Below, one piece after another: positions 46,388-55,419 of a stretch of DNA of 64,000 nt; the first letter of the stretch is position 1; each line of letters starts with the position of its first letter. A program made the translations under genes and the position numbers. The notes below the pieces were generated by a model. The model worked only from the letters and a program-made list of their open reading frames with translations. It ran no database searches and was not told the DNA's origin. The stretch comes from Candidatus Hydrogenedentota bacterium (lineage in GTDB: Bacteria; Hydrogenedentota; Hydrogenedentia; Hydrogenedentales; GCA-2746185), in NCBI GenBank assembly GCA_046583315.1, contig JAYGCN010000052.1, positions 15,236 through 79,235 of the forward strand, read 5' to 3'.

Positions 46388-47362
46388 ATGAGCACCCCTG
46401 ATGAGAATAGTCGCTTGCGAATCGTGGTCGCCGGGTCAGGCCGTCTCGGCATGGCCGTGCTGGAGCCACTACTCGATTCTGGATATGAGGTGGTTGCCGT
46501 CGTGCAGAACGGTCGTAAAGTGCCGCGGTGGGAGCGAAAGTTACTCGGACTTCAGGCGCGCATCACACCGCGTATGCCTTCACCGTTGTGTGAAGCAGTG
46601 CGGCAGCGAATTCCAATTTATTGGTTGGAACATCTTGATGCTACGGAGATTAAATCGCTATGCGCGATGAAACCCGACCTGTTGATTACTTGTGGATTCA
46701 GCATCATTCTGCCGGAATCTGTTCTGTCTATCCCGCGCATCGGCTGTATCAATGTGCATACGGCCCTGTTGCCGAAACATCGAGGTCCAAATCCCTGCGC
46801 GTGGGTCGTGCACGACGGGGACGGAAAATCCGGCGTGACGATTCATGTTACGGAAACCGGAATCGACACGGGGGCGGTGTTGGCACAGGAATCCTTTGAT
46901 CTGTCGCCTACTGACACGAGCATGGATGTGTATCTTGCTTCGTGCGCCGTGACCGCTGGCATGATTTCGGAAACGATTGCAGATATCGAAGCGAATGGTT
47001 TTGCGAACGCGCGTGTGCAGGACGAATCTGAGGCGACTTATGACAAGCGCTTCAATGATGAGCAGTCGCGCGTGGATTGGACGCAGTCCGCCGTGGCAAT
47101 TGAACGATTGATACGCGCGGCGCATGCCTACGCTCCGGCCTGGTTCCAATTCGGCAAAACGCGCGTGCGTTTGGTGCAGGCTGAGGCGAAAATGGGTGGC
47201 CGTGATGTTGCACCAGGTGTGATTGTGGCCGTCGACCCCGAGCTCGTCGTCGGTACGGGCGACGGGACACTGACCCTGTACTCAACCTATACCGATCAAC
47301 GCGGCGGCACACGATGGCCGGGCGCGTTCACGAAGCTGAAACCGGGCATGCGTCTGGAGTAA
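46388..47362 (+). CDS. Formyltransferase-family protein (Fmt-like N- and C-domains)
   Basis: Rossmann-like N-terminus RIVVAGSGRLG, catalytic HTALLPKHRGPNP, GVTIHVTETGIDTGAVL and an Fmt-like C-terminal domain. The substrate (Met-tRNA or a sugar nucleotide) cannot be told from the sequence. Confidence 0.75.
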   Translation: MSTPDENSRLRIVVAGSGRLGMAVLEPLLDSGYEVVAVVQNGRKVPRWERKLLGLQARITPRMPSPLCEAVRQRIPIYWLEHLDATEIKSLCAMKPDLLITCGFSIILPESVLSIPRIGCINVHTALLPKHRGPNPCAWVVHDGDGKSGVTIHVTETGIDTGAVLAQESFDLSPTDTSMDVYLASCAVTAGMISETIADIEANGFANARVQDESEATYDKRFNDEQSRVDWTQSAVAIERLIRAAHAYAPAWFQFGKTRVRLVQAEAKMGGRDVAPGVIVAVDPELVVGTGDGTLTLYSTYTDQRGGTRWPGAFTKLKPGMRLE

Positions 47363-47387
47363 GATACGCGCAGGGGGAAATACGCCG

Positions 47388-48017
47388 ATGGATGTCGAAA
47401 TTCGCGAGTACCGTGACGAGGATGAGCAGAAATGGATGCGCGTCCACGCAGAAATCATGACGATATCCCATTCCTGGAACTATTGCATACAGGAACGCCC
47501 CCCCTATGATGGCCACGAATCCACGCGACTCGTCGCGCTCGTGGACGGGAAGATTATTGGGTTGACCGATACGCTTTACGATAACGAACCCGGCGAAATT
47601 TGTTTCAACAAAGAAACGCGCGGGGGTTATGTCACAGAGTTCGGTCGACTACCCGGATTCGCGGCGAAGGGACTCGGCATTCAGCTCATGCAAGCGACGA
47701 TGGATCATGCGCACGCCAAGGGGATCGACCGCCTCGAATACTGGTCGCAGGATCGCAACGCACAACGCTACTACATGAAACTCGGGCTGCCCGAAATCTC
47801 GCGCCATTATCGTTTCCGCATGCAAGCCCCGCAAGAGGTCGGCGACCACCTCCTCCAAGACGGCATCGGAGTCGAATACATCTACGGCGTGTGCCAGCCC
47901 GAAGATTGGCCAGCCGTGAAAAAGAAATATGAAATCAAAATGGATCACCCACTAGAACCCCACCTGTGTATCGGCTACGCGATCGATGATTTCGAGAAAC
48001 CGTTCCCGAAGGGCTAA
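47388..48017 (+). CDS. GNAT-family N-acetyltransferase
   Basis: Acetyl-CoA-binding-type segment GFAAKGLGIQLMQATMDHAHAKGIDRLEYW within a ~200-aa protein. Confidence 0.7.
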   Translation: MDVEIREYRDEDEQKWMRVHAEIMTISHSWNYCIQERPPYDGHESTRLVALVDGKIIGLTDTLYDNEPGEICFNKETRGGYVTEFGRLPGFAAKGLGIQLMQATMDHAHAKGIDRLEYWSQDRNAQRYYMKLGLPEISRHYRFRMQAPQEVGDHLLQDGIGVEYIYGVCQPEDWPAVKKKYEIKMDHPLEPHLCIGYAIDDFEKPFPKG

Positions 48018-48029
48018 GGGCGAAGAGCA

Positions 48030-48060
48030 TTCACCGCGGAGGCGCGGAGAACGCGGAGGA
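48030..48060 (-). repeat. CGCGGAG-array repeat (three cores) beginning TTCACC, left boundary of cassette 2
   Basis: TTCACCGCGGAGGCGCGGAGAACGCGGAGGA. The first 22 nt are the exact reverse complement of 43613-43634. Confidence 0.85.
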
Positions 48061-48177
48061 AATTTGTGATAGATATCGAGTCTATACGAAATTTGCTGGC
48101 AAACGAACTCCGTAGCTGCGAATTCGGATATATATATCGCCCTAAGAGGGCGTTTTTGGATTTTTTCGAATAAATCG

Positions 48178-48568
48178 ATGCAACGTACCCTAGATTTTGT
48201 CGATTTGCTTCGGAAACCTCCATCGAACTTTTACATTTGTCATGACAACCCGGATCTGGATATTTTGAAAGAAGCGATTGATAATAAACAAATTTACCAT
48301 TTAGGGGGAGAGGTTTATCGAATTTCCCACTCATTTGACACAAATTTATTCTACCGCTGTTTCTTTTTGTACTCAGATTCTTGGGCGTATTGGATTACTT
48401 CGGACTGTACTTTCGAAGGAAGCTTCGTTCGCTATGAAATGGAAATGGATGGGGATTATAGAAGAGGAACTAGCCCGTCGAGTGAATTTAGGCGAAATTG
48501 ATGTTGCAGTTTGCGCGTACGGAGATGGTGTAGAAATGCACATAATAGTTAACAACAAGGCGGAGTAG
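48178..48568 (+). pseudogene. Small very low-GC (~35%) hypothetical gene, apparently frameshifted at a G4 run
   Basis: Frame 1 reads MQRTLDFVDLLRKPPSNFYICHDNPDLD...FVRYEMEMDG and continues plausibly in the +1 frame as IIEEELARRVNLGEIDVAVCAYGDGVEMHIIVNNKAE*. Removing one G from GGGG (48451-48454) would give a single 130-aa ORF. Confidence 0.45.
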
Positions 48569-48602
48569 CCTTATTTATTGTTGATGCGCCGACAGGTAAT
48601 CC

Positions 48603-48634
48603 CTCTCCGCGCCCTCCGCGTCTCCGCGGTGAAG
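48603..48634 (+). repeat. CTCCGCG-array repeat (three cores) ending in GGTGAAG, right boundary of cassette 2
   Basis: CTCTCCGCGCCCTCCGCGTCTCCGCGGTGAAG is an imperfect inverted copy of 48030-48060. Confidence 0.8.
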
Positions 48635-48640
48635 AAAGCC

Positions 48641-48668
48641 CTTCTTCGTGTTCTTCGTGGTGAAAAAG
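48641..48668 (+). repeat. CTTCGTG-array repeat (two cores) ending in GGTGAA
   Basis: CTTCTTCGTGTTCTTCGTGGTGAAAAAG has the same architecture as the neighbouring element but a different core. It abuts the DUF1501 stop codon. Confidence 0.7.
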
Positions 48669-50132
48669 CTAAGCCAGCAAATCCTTCACGACCCGTCCAT
48701 GCACATCCGTCAACCGGAATTGTCGGCCTTTGAGTTTGTAGTTGAGGCGTTCGTGGTCGATGCCCAACAGGTGGAGCAGGGTGGCGTGGAAATCGTGGAC
48801 GTGTACGCCGTTTTCGGTGATGTTGTAGCCGAAATCGTCGGTGCTGCCGTAGCTGAAGCCGGGTTTTACGCCGCCGCCGGCCATCCATACGCTGAAACAG
48901 CGGGGATGATGATCGCGACCATAGTTCGTTTCCGTGAGCGCGCCTTGCGAGTAGTTCGTGCGTCCGAATTCACCACCCCAGATGACCAGCGTGTCGTCGA
49001 GCAGGCCCCGTTGTTTCAGATCGGCGACGAGTGCCGCGGAAGGCTGATCGGTTTCAGCGCATTGCGTCTTTATGCCGCCGGGTAAGCCACCGTGCTGATC
49101 CCAGCCGCGATGAAAGAGTTGGATGAAACGAACGCCGCGTTCGGCGAGTCGTCGTGCGAGTAGACAGTTGGCCGCGTAGGTGCCCGGTTTTTTCGAGTCG
49201 GGACCATACATCTCGAATGTCGATTCCGGTTCGTCGGAGATGTCGGTCGCTTCGGGCACAGAGGTCTGCATGCGGAAGGCCATTTCGTATTGCGCGACCC
49301 GTGCTTCGAGGATGTCGCGATTGGCCTCATCTTGCTGGAGTTCGTGGATCTGTGCCATACGATTCAACAACATGCGCCGGGATTCTTCGCCGATTTCGCC
49401 GGGGTTGTTGAGATAGAGGACCGGGTCCTTGCCCGAGCGGAACTGAACGCCCTGGTGTTTAGAAGGAAGGAAACCGTTGCCCCAAAGGCGCGAATAGAGG
49501 GGTTGTCCACCTTTGGCTTTCGTGACGAGCGCGACATACGCCGGAAGGTTTTCATTTTCCGTTCCGAGACCGTAATCGATCCACGAGCCGATGGAGGGAC
49601 GTCCCGCGCGTTGATCGCCAGTCTGGAAGAAGGTGATGGCCGGGTCGTGGTTGATGGCTTCGGTGTACATCGACTTGATGATGCAGAGTTCGTCGGCAAT
49701 TTTTTGTGTATGCGGCAACAAATCACTCATCCATTGTCCCGACTCGCCATGTTGACCGAACTTGAAGATGGAACCCGCCATGGGTAATGACGCCTGATTC
49801 GCGCTCATGCCGGTGAGGCGTTGTCCTTGCCGAACGGAATCGGGCAGTTCTTCCCCGTTGCGTTCGTTGAGCAAAGGTTTGTAGTCGAAAAGATCAAGCT
49901 GGGATGGGCCACCGCTCTGGAAAAGGTAGATGACGCGTTTCGCCTTGGGTGCAAAGTGGGGGAGTGATGGCAGGCCGCCCGTTGCCGCGTGGGCAGACGA
50001 ATCGCCAAGCATATCGGCCAGCGCCATACCACCAAGTCCCATACCAACTTGACTCAGGAATTTGCGGCGACTCAGAGACGAAGGGTCCCATTCGCCCGTG
50101 CATTGATTACAGATTGGGTCGAATTCGCTCAT
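48669..50132 (-). CDS. DUF1501-family protein (sulfatase-like fold, Tat-secreted)
   Basis: Twin-arginine signal SRRKFLSQVGMGLGGMA. The overall pattern (LFQSGGPSQLDLFDYKP...GGEFGRT...GRDHH) matches the DUF1501 family that is paired with PSCyt/DUF1553 proteins in Planctomycetota and Verrucomicrobiota. Confidence 0.8.
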   Translation of the reverse strand: MSEFDPICNQCTGEWDPSSLSRRKFLSQVGMGLGGMALADMLGDSSAHAATGGLPSLPHFAPKAKRVIYLFQSGGPSQLDLFDYKPLLNERNGEELPDSVRQGQRLTGMSANQASLPMAGSIFKFGQHGESGQWMSDLLPHTQKIADELCIIKSMYTEAINHDPAITFFQTGDQRAGRPSIGSWIDYGLGTENENLPAYVALVTKAKGGQPLYSRLWGNGFLPSKHQGVQFRSGKDPVLYLNNPGEIGEESRRMLLNRMAQIHELQQDEANRDILEARVAQYEMAFRMQTSVPEATDISDEPESTFEMYGPDSKKPGTYAANCLLARRLAERGVRFIQLFHRGWDQHGGLPGGIKTQCAETDQPSAALVADLKQRGLLDDTLVIWGGEFGRTNYSQGALTETNYGRDHHPRCFSVWMAGGGVKPGFSYGSTDDFGYNITENGVHVHDFHATLLHLLGIDHERLNYKLKGRQFRLTDVHGRVVKDLLA

Positions 50133-53100
50133 AACTTCACCTGAAATTCGTTGAGGTTCATGATGCCCTGCGCGATGGCGGTCATGGCGGCCGTGTTAAT
50201 GTTGTCCAGGCCGATGAGGCGTTCTTTATCGCCGACCGCAAGATAACTTTTTGCTTCTTCTTCATTATTCGCGAACCAATCGCGCTGCTCATAGAACGCG
50301 TCATTCAGAATCGATGATTCTTCCGCAGTTGCCTCCCGTGTCAGAAGCGCGCGGAATATGGTGCTGATTCCTGCGGTATGGTCGTCTTTGTGCTGAAGCA
50401 GTGTTTTCTCCGCGAGCACACGCGCGGCCTCTACGTATTGCGGATCGTTGAGCAGAATGAGAGCCTGCAACGGAGTGGTCGTGCGTTCGCGGCGTACCAC
50501 GCACACTTCGCGAGTGGTCGCATCAAAGGTGAGCATGGACGGCGGCGGCACGGTGCGTTTGATGAAGGTGTAGATGCTGCGGCGATAAAGTTTGTCGCCT
50601 TTATCGGCCACATAACTCGCCGATGCCACGTCTTTCCAGAGGCCGTCGGGTTGATAAGGTTTCACGCTGGGGCCGCCGATGGTTTTCGTGATCAGCCCGG
50701 ATGATACGAGTGCCGCATCGCGAATTTCTTCGGCGGAACGACGGTAGAGCGACGCGCGGGCGAGCAGGACGTTGTCGGGATCGTGTTCGAGAAGTTTCTT
50801 GGACGCGGCACTTGACTGACGATAGGCAGCTGACAGCACCAATCGTTTCAGTAATGCTTTCGTATCCCAAGCGTTGTCGCGATATTCGTTTGCGAGATAG
50901 TCGAGCAGTTCGGGATGACTCGGCAGCTCGCCTTGTAATCCGAAATCTTCCTGCGTGGCGACGAGTCCCTGCCCAAATATTTGCTGCCAGAGTCGATTGA
51001 CCGCGACGCGTGAGGTGAGAGGGTGATCGGGATGCAGCAACCACTGCGCGAGTCCGAGTCGGTTCATGGGGAATTCATCGGGCGATTCAAAGAGATTGCC
51101 GGGAAAGGTTGCCTGCACCGCTGTGGTCGGGTTTTGATACTGTCCGCGATCCAGGATGTGCGTTGGATGCAGGCCGGGTTCTTCGGTCATGACCATGAGT
51201 TGCCGAATGCCGTCAAGGTGATCGGATTCACGCTTGCGGGTTTCGCGAAGGGAGTCGCGTTCTTCGATGGAGGCTTCGTGGATACGGGCGGCATAGTAGC
51301 GCTGCACTTCCAGAGATCCGGGGTCTTCTTCTATTGCGGCGGCGATCACTTCGGCGGGTGATTGTCGTGTCGCGATCGACTGCACCTCAATCGCGGTCAA
51401 TTTGCGCGGGAAGGCCATGAAGTCGTCCATGCGCCCGTTGCGGAACCCATTATCGCGGAAACGTGCGCCGAGGGTAAGCGCAGGGTCGTCACCTTTCTTG
51501 TTGTACCAGATCGTGCGCGTAAGTTTGTCGCGCAGGATGTCGAATGTTGCAGATTCACCATTGACGAAGAGGTTGATTCCAGCTGCGGTGCTGGAGCCGT
51601 CGTACGTGGCCGCGATATGCACCCATTCACCGACGGGTAATGTCGTTTCGGATTGCACACGAACCGCGTTGCCGGGCCAGAAGTGTACCAGACTGAACAC
51701 GAGTTTGCCCTCGTCGATCATGATTTCGTATCCGCGACTACCTGCGTCGGAAGCGGCCTTCGATTTATGAAGGATGACCATGTGGGGCAGCATCTCTTTG
51801 ATGTAGAGGGACATGGTGAAGCTGAAGGCATCGTAGCGGTTATAGATGCCGGCTTCCTTGATGTTGATGGCACTCTCTCCGCTAAATTTGTTGGCGGCGC
51901 CGGAATCCCTTTCGGATTTGATGAACTGGCCTTCGATTTTTCCCGCAGAGCCTGAATTTTCCAGCCCCTTTTCACCGTCAAAGGAGAGGTGGACTTCGGG
52001 TTCCAGTTCGCGGATGTCTCGCTTGTTTTTCTTGATCCATTTTTTGTAGCTGCGACCGAGATCAGAGTCGGCGATGGCTACGACGTCATCTGCGGCGGTA
52101 ATGGCCTCAAGCAGTTCGCGGTGCTTCTTCTCGGAGGCTGGCGTGTAGAGGTTCAGGGTGGGTGTCGGCGTGGCGTTTGTGAAGTGAGAATAGAGTCCCG
52201 ACTCATCAATCTTGTCGAAGAAGGCCATGAATTCGTAGAAACTTTTTTGCGAAATCGGATCGAATTTGTGATCATGACACCGTGCGCACTCCAGCGTGAG
52301 TCCCATGAACGCCGTGCCCATTGTCGCCACGCGGTCAACGTTGTATTCGATTCGGTATTCTTCGTTGACGCTTCCGCCCTCGTTGGTTTGACGGTGCAGA
52401 CGATTGAACGCCGTCGCGATTTTTTGGTCCTGTGTGGGATTCGGCAGCAGGTCGCCCGCAAGCTGTTCCGTCAAAAACTGGTCATAGGGCATGTTCTGAT
52501 TGAACGAAGCAATCACCCAGTCGCGCCACGGCCACAGGTGCGTTTCCACGTCGCTTTGATAACCGAAGGTGTCCGCGAATCGCGCGACATCCAGCCACGC
52601 CGAGGCCATGTGCTCGCCGTAGTGCGTGGAGGCCAATAGTGCATCGACGACCTTTTCGTAACGTGACGCCGACGTGTCCTGCTCGAATGCCTCGATGGCT
52701 TCTGGCGTCGGCGGTAGTCCGGTGAGGTCAAAGGTCACGCGCCGTAGCCAGAGAATCGGATCGACTTCCGGTGCAGGTTGGAATCCCGCTTCCATAATGC
52801 CGTCCAGCACAAAGGCGTCAATCGGATCACGTGTCCAGTCGGTCGAAGGCGGTACCGTGGGACGTGACGGTTTCTGAAAGGCCCAGTGCCCCTCGAATTG
52901 CGCGCCCGCATCAATCCATTCCAGTAACATCGCAATCTGCGCGTCGGTCAGCGACTTTTTCGAGTCCGGTGGCGGCATGCGGTCCCGCGATTTCTCCGAG
53001 GTAACGTGTTCAACAAGTAGACTGTCCTCGAGATCGCCCGGCGTGATGGCACCATAATCGATCGCGTCCGCAATGTCATCGAAACGCAAGTCCGATTCAC

Positions 53101-53245
53101 GCTTGTTCGCATCTGGACCATGACACGCATAACAATTGTCCGCAAAAATAGGACGAATGTCGCGCACATAATCCGGCGCGGCTTGGGACAGCGGTGTTGC
53201 CAGAAGTGAGGCAATGAATAGTGTATAAATAAAACGGTAGTTCAT
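50129..53245 (-). CDS. PSCyt1-DUF1549-LamG-DUF1553 multidomain secreted protein
   Basis: Signal peptide. N-terminal heme-binding-type CYACHG (planctomycete cytochrome c domain). DUF1549-like region (RRVTFDLTGLPPT). A central concanavalin/LamG-like insert (WVHIAATYDGS...LFVNGE). DUF1553-like C-terminal half. ATGA overlap with the DUF1501 gene. Confidence 0.8.
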   Translation of the reverse strand: MNYRFIYTLFIASLLATPLSQAAPDYVRDIRPIFADNCYACHGPDANKRESDLRFDDIADAIDYGAITPGDLEDSLLVEHVTSEKSRDRMPPPDSKKSLTDAQIAMLLEWIDAGAQFEGHWAFQKPSRPTVPPSTDWTRDPIDAFVLDGIMEAGFQPAPEVDPILWLRRVTFDLTGLPPTPEAIEAFEQDTSASRYEKVVDALLASTHYGEHMASAWLDVARFADTFGYQSDVETHLWPWRDWVIASFNQNMPYDQFLTEQLAGDLLPNPTQDQKIATAFNRLHRQTNEGGSVNEEYRIEYNVDRVATMGTAFMGLTLECARCHDHKFDPISQKSFYEFMAFFDKIDESGLYSHFTNATPTPTLNLYTPASEKKHRELLEAITAADDVVAIADSDLGRSYKKWIKKNKRDIRELEPEVHLSFDGEKGLENSGSAGKIEGQFIKSERDSGAANKFSGESAINIKEAGIYNRYDAFSFTMSLYIKEMLPHMVILHKSKAASDAGSRGYEIMIDEGKLVFSLVHFWPGNAVRVQSETTLPVGEWVHIAATYDGSSTAAGINLFVNGESATFDILRDKLTRTIWYNKKGDDPALTLGARFRDNGFRNGRMDDFMAFPRKLTAIEVQSIATRQSPAEVIAAAIEEDPGSLEVQRYYAARIHEASIEERDSLRETRKRESDHLDGIRQLMVMTEEPGLHPTHILDRGQYQNPTTAVQATFPGNLFESPDEFPMNRLGLAQWLLHPDHPLTSRVAVNRLWQQIFGQGLVATQEDFGLQGELPSHPELLDYLANEYRDNAWDTKALLKRLVLSAAYRQSSAASKKLLEHDPDNVLLARASLYRRSAEEIRDAALVSSGLITKTIGGPSVKPYQPDGLWKDVASASYVADKGDKLYRRSIYTFIKRTVPPPSMLTFDATTREVCVVRRERTTTPLQALILLNDPQYVEAARVLAEKTLLQHKDDHTAGISTIFRALLTREATAEESSILNDAFYEQRDWFANNEEEAKSYLAVGDKERLIGLDNINTAAMTAIAQGIMNLNEFQVKL

Positions 53246-53406
53246 GATGGTTTATTGAACTCGTTGCAACCTTAAACCATTGTACCTCGTATCCAGACAT
53301 CAATGCGAAAAGAGCGTCGCCCCCCGTCAATCACTTGCGAAACCCTGGAATAGTGTGGTTGAATGGACTCTATCTAATTCAAGGCTACTGTACGAAGGAT
53401 ATTCCC

Positions 53407-54906
53407 ATGTACCGGCACGTCACATTAATTTTGCTCTTGCTTTTGGGCAGCTCGATTGCCTACGCCGACTCCTACTCGAAACTTTGGGGTGAAGACGGGG
53501 AGGCTTGGTCTTCTGAGAGCCGACTGCCTGAGTTTTCATTTGCTGGATATGGGCGTGGTGAACGTGCGATTTCCGTTTCGTCGGTTACGCACAACGTCAA
53601 AGATTTCGGCGCGGTGGGGGATGGGGAAACCGACGATAGCGATGCCTTCGTTCGTGCGTTGAGCGAAGTCGAGCACGGGGTGTTGTATGTGCCGGAGGGC
53701 CGATATCGAATCACGAAAATGCTCAGCATCGATAAACCGAATCTCGTGTTACGTGGTGCGGGACCCGACAAGACGACACTCTTTTTTCCGATTCCGCTCA
53801 ACGACATCAAACCAAATTGGGGTGCAACGACGAGCGGTCAGCGTACTTCCAATTACTCGTGGTCCGGCGGGTTCATCGCCATCCGCGGCAACTTCCGCAC
53901 CGAACGCATCACGGTAGTCGAAGGCACAGCCAAGCGCGGTGCCCATCAGCTCATCGTGGCAGATGCCGGGTCACTCGTCATTGGACAGGAAATCGAAATT
54001 AAGCTGACGGATGATGCCGAAAACTCGCTTGCGATGCACTTGTACTCCGACGATCCGCGAATCGGCCTTGAAAAACTACTCGGCAGAGTACGCGCGTCAC
54101 TGGTCACCCGCATCACGGCGATATCCGGCAATACGATTAGCTTCGACCGACCGCTACGGTGCGACATTGACCCGAAGTGGAAACCCGGCATCTATCGTTT
54201 CGCTCCTACCGTCACCGAATCGGGTATCGAAGACCTCCGCTTCGAATTTCCGAATACGCCCTACAAGGGACACTTCTCCGAACTCGGCTTCAACGCCATT
54301 GCTCTCACGCAAACCGCCCACTGCTGGGTGCGCAACATTCGCGTGCACAATTCGGATAGCGGGGCCTTCATCTCCGGGCACTTCAATACCCTTGACGGCG
54401 TGGTCTACACCTCCGACCGTGAAAAAGATTCGGGACGGCAATCGCAGGGGCATCACGGCATCACGAACGGCGGCAACGACAACCTCTTTGAGAATTTCGA
54501 TTTCCAATGTGAGTTCATCCACGACATCACCGTAAGCCGCAGCTCTGGCAACGTACACAAGAATGGCAAAGGTGTGAATCTTTCGTTAGACCATCACCGC
54601 CACGCCCCCTACGAAAATCTGTTCACCAATATTCATGTCGGGAAAGGCACACGCACATGGCGATCCGGCGGCGGCGCATCGCTGGGTGCGCACTGTGCTG
54701 CACGAGGCACCTTCTGGAACATACAAGCCGGCCGACCAATCGCTGTGCCCGACAAAAAATTCGGCCCGTGGTCCATGAACCTCGTGGGCGTGAACATGAA
54801 CGAAGAAGACCAGCTCAAGAAAAACGAACGCTGGTACGAACACAGCGGGTCCGGCGTGACTCCACGCGATTTGCATGAAGCGCAGTTGCGGAAACGATTA
54901 CAATAA
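53407..54906 (+). CDS. Secreted right-handed beta-helix protein (pectate-lyase-superfamily / GH55-GH28-like)
   Basis: Signal peptide MYRHVTLILLLLLGSSIAYA, then HNVKDFGAVGDGETDDSDAFVRAL...LYVPEGRYRIT, the N-terminal signature of the Pectate_lyase_3 family. ATG 53407 is preferred over the ORF-track start at 53335. Confidence 0.75.
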   Translation: MYRHVTLILLLLLGSSIAYADSYSKLWGEDGEAWSSESRLPEFSFAGYGRGERAISVSSVTHNVKDFGAVGDGETDDSDAFVRALSEVEHGVLYVPEGRYRITKMLSIDKPNLVLRGAGPDKTTLFFPIPLNDIKPNWGATTSGQRTSNYSWSGGFIAIRGNFRTERITVVEGTAKRGAHQLIVADAGSLVIGQEIEIKLTDDAENSLAMHLYSDDPRIGLEKLLGRVRASLVTRITAISGNTISFDRPLRCDIDPKWKPGIYRFAPTVTESGIEDLRFEFPNTPYKGHFSELGFNAIALTQTAHCWVRNIRVHNSDSGAFISGHFNTLDGVVYTSDREKDSGRQSQGHHGITNGGNDNLFENFDFQCEFIHDITVSRSSGNVHKNGKGVNLSLDHHRHAPYENLFTNIHVGKGTRTWRSGGGASLGAHCAARGTFWNIQAGRPIAVPDKKFGPWSMNLVGVNMNEEDQLKKNERWYEHSGSGVTPRDLHEAQLRKRLQ

Positions 54907-55020
54907 CGCGTCACGAGCAACCACCTCGTCCCAATCTCAACTCGAACCTTGAAATGCCACTGCCCCTACTTCCTACGATTTCTTTTCTATAGAGAGCCCG
55001 CGAGATTGCTGTTTCCTTAT

Positions 55021-55049
55021 TTGCAGCGTAGGTTCGACGTCGCTATAAT
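55021..55049 (+). promoter_or_regulatory. Candidate sigma-70 promoter
   Basis: TTGCAG (55021-55026), 17-nt spacer, TATAAT (55044-55049), 66 nt upstream of ATG 55116. Confidence 0.55.
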
Positions 55050-55115
55050 CGATTTAGGTGTCCTGAAAGAACGGTAAGAAAGCAAAAGATAGTCTAAACA
55101 CAGGAGGTCTCACTT

Positions 55116-55409
55116 ATGGAAGCTGATAAGCCAATCAACGTACCGCTAATTGTCGTCTCGTTCATTGTAATCATACTGTATAACGTTCTTAGTTCCATGT
55201 ACACGCCCGATACTACCAGCGTAGAGCCCTCCGTTGCAGGCTTTGTTTTAACGTCCATCGCTCTTTTGCTCGTGATCCCACTACTGGTCATTTGGTTCAA
55301 AGCCCTTTGGAACGAGGTCATACCTCGTGTGACTTCGTGGGGGAGACTTTCGTACATGGAGGCTTTCGGCATCATGACGATTATCATGTTTTTGGGCTCT
55401 GATCTTTAG
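55116..55409 (+). CDS. Small membrane protein (97 aa, about 3 TM), hypothetical
   Basis: AGGAGG RBS 7 nt upstream. Three hydrophobic segments. Lower GC than its neighbours. No recognisable family. Confidence 0.5.
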   Translation: MEADKPINVPLIVVSFIVIILYNVLSSMYTPDTTSVEPSVAGFVLTSIALLLVIPLLVIWFKALWNEVIPRVTSWGRLSYMEAFGIMTIIMFLGSDL

Positions 55410-55419
55410 TCAGGCACTA

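Noticed and set aside
43098-48668. The low-GC cassettes as integron gene cassettes with attC sites
   Set aside because: There is no intI integrase or attI in the window. The flanking repeats lack the RYYYAAC/GTTRRRY core sites and the bulged-hairpin organisation of attC.
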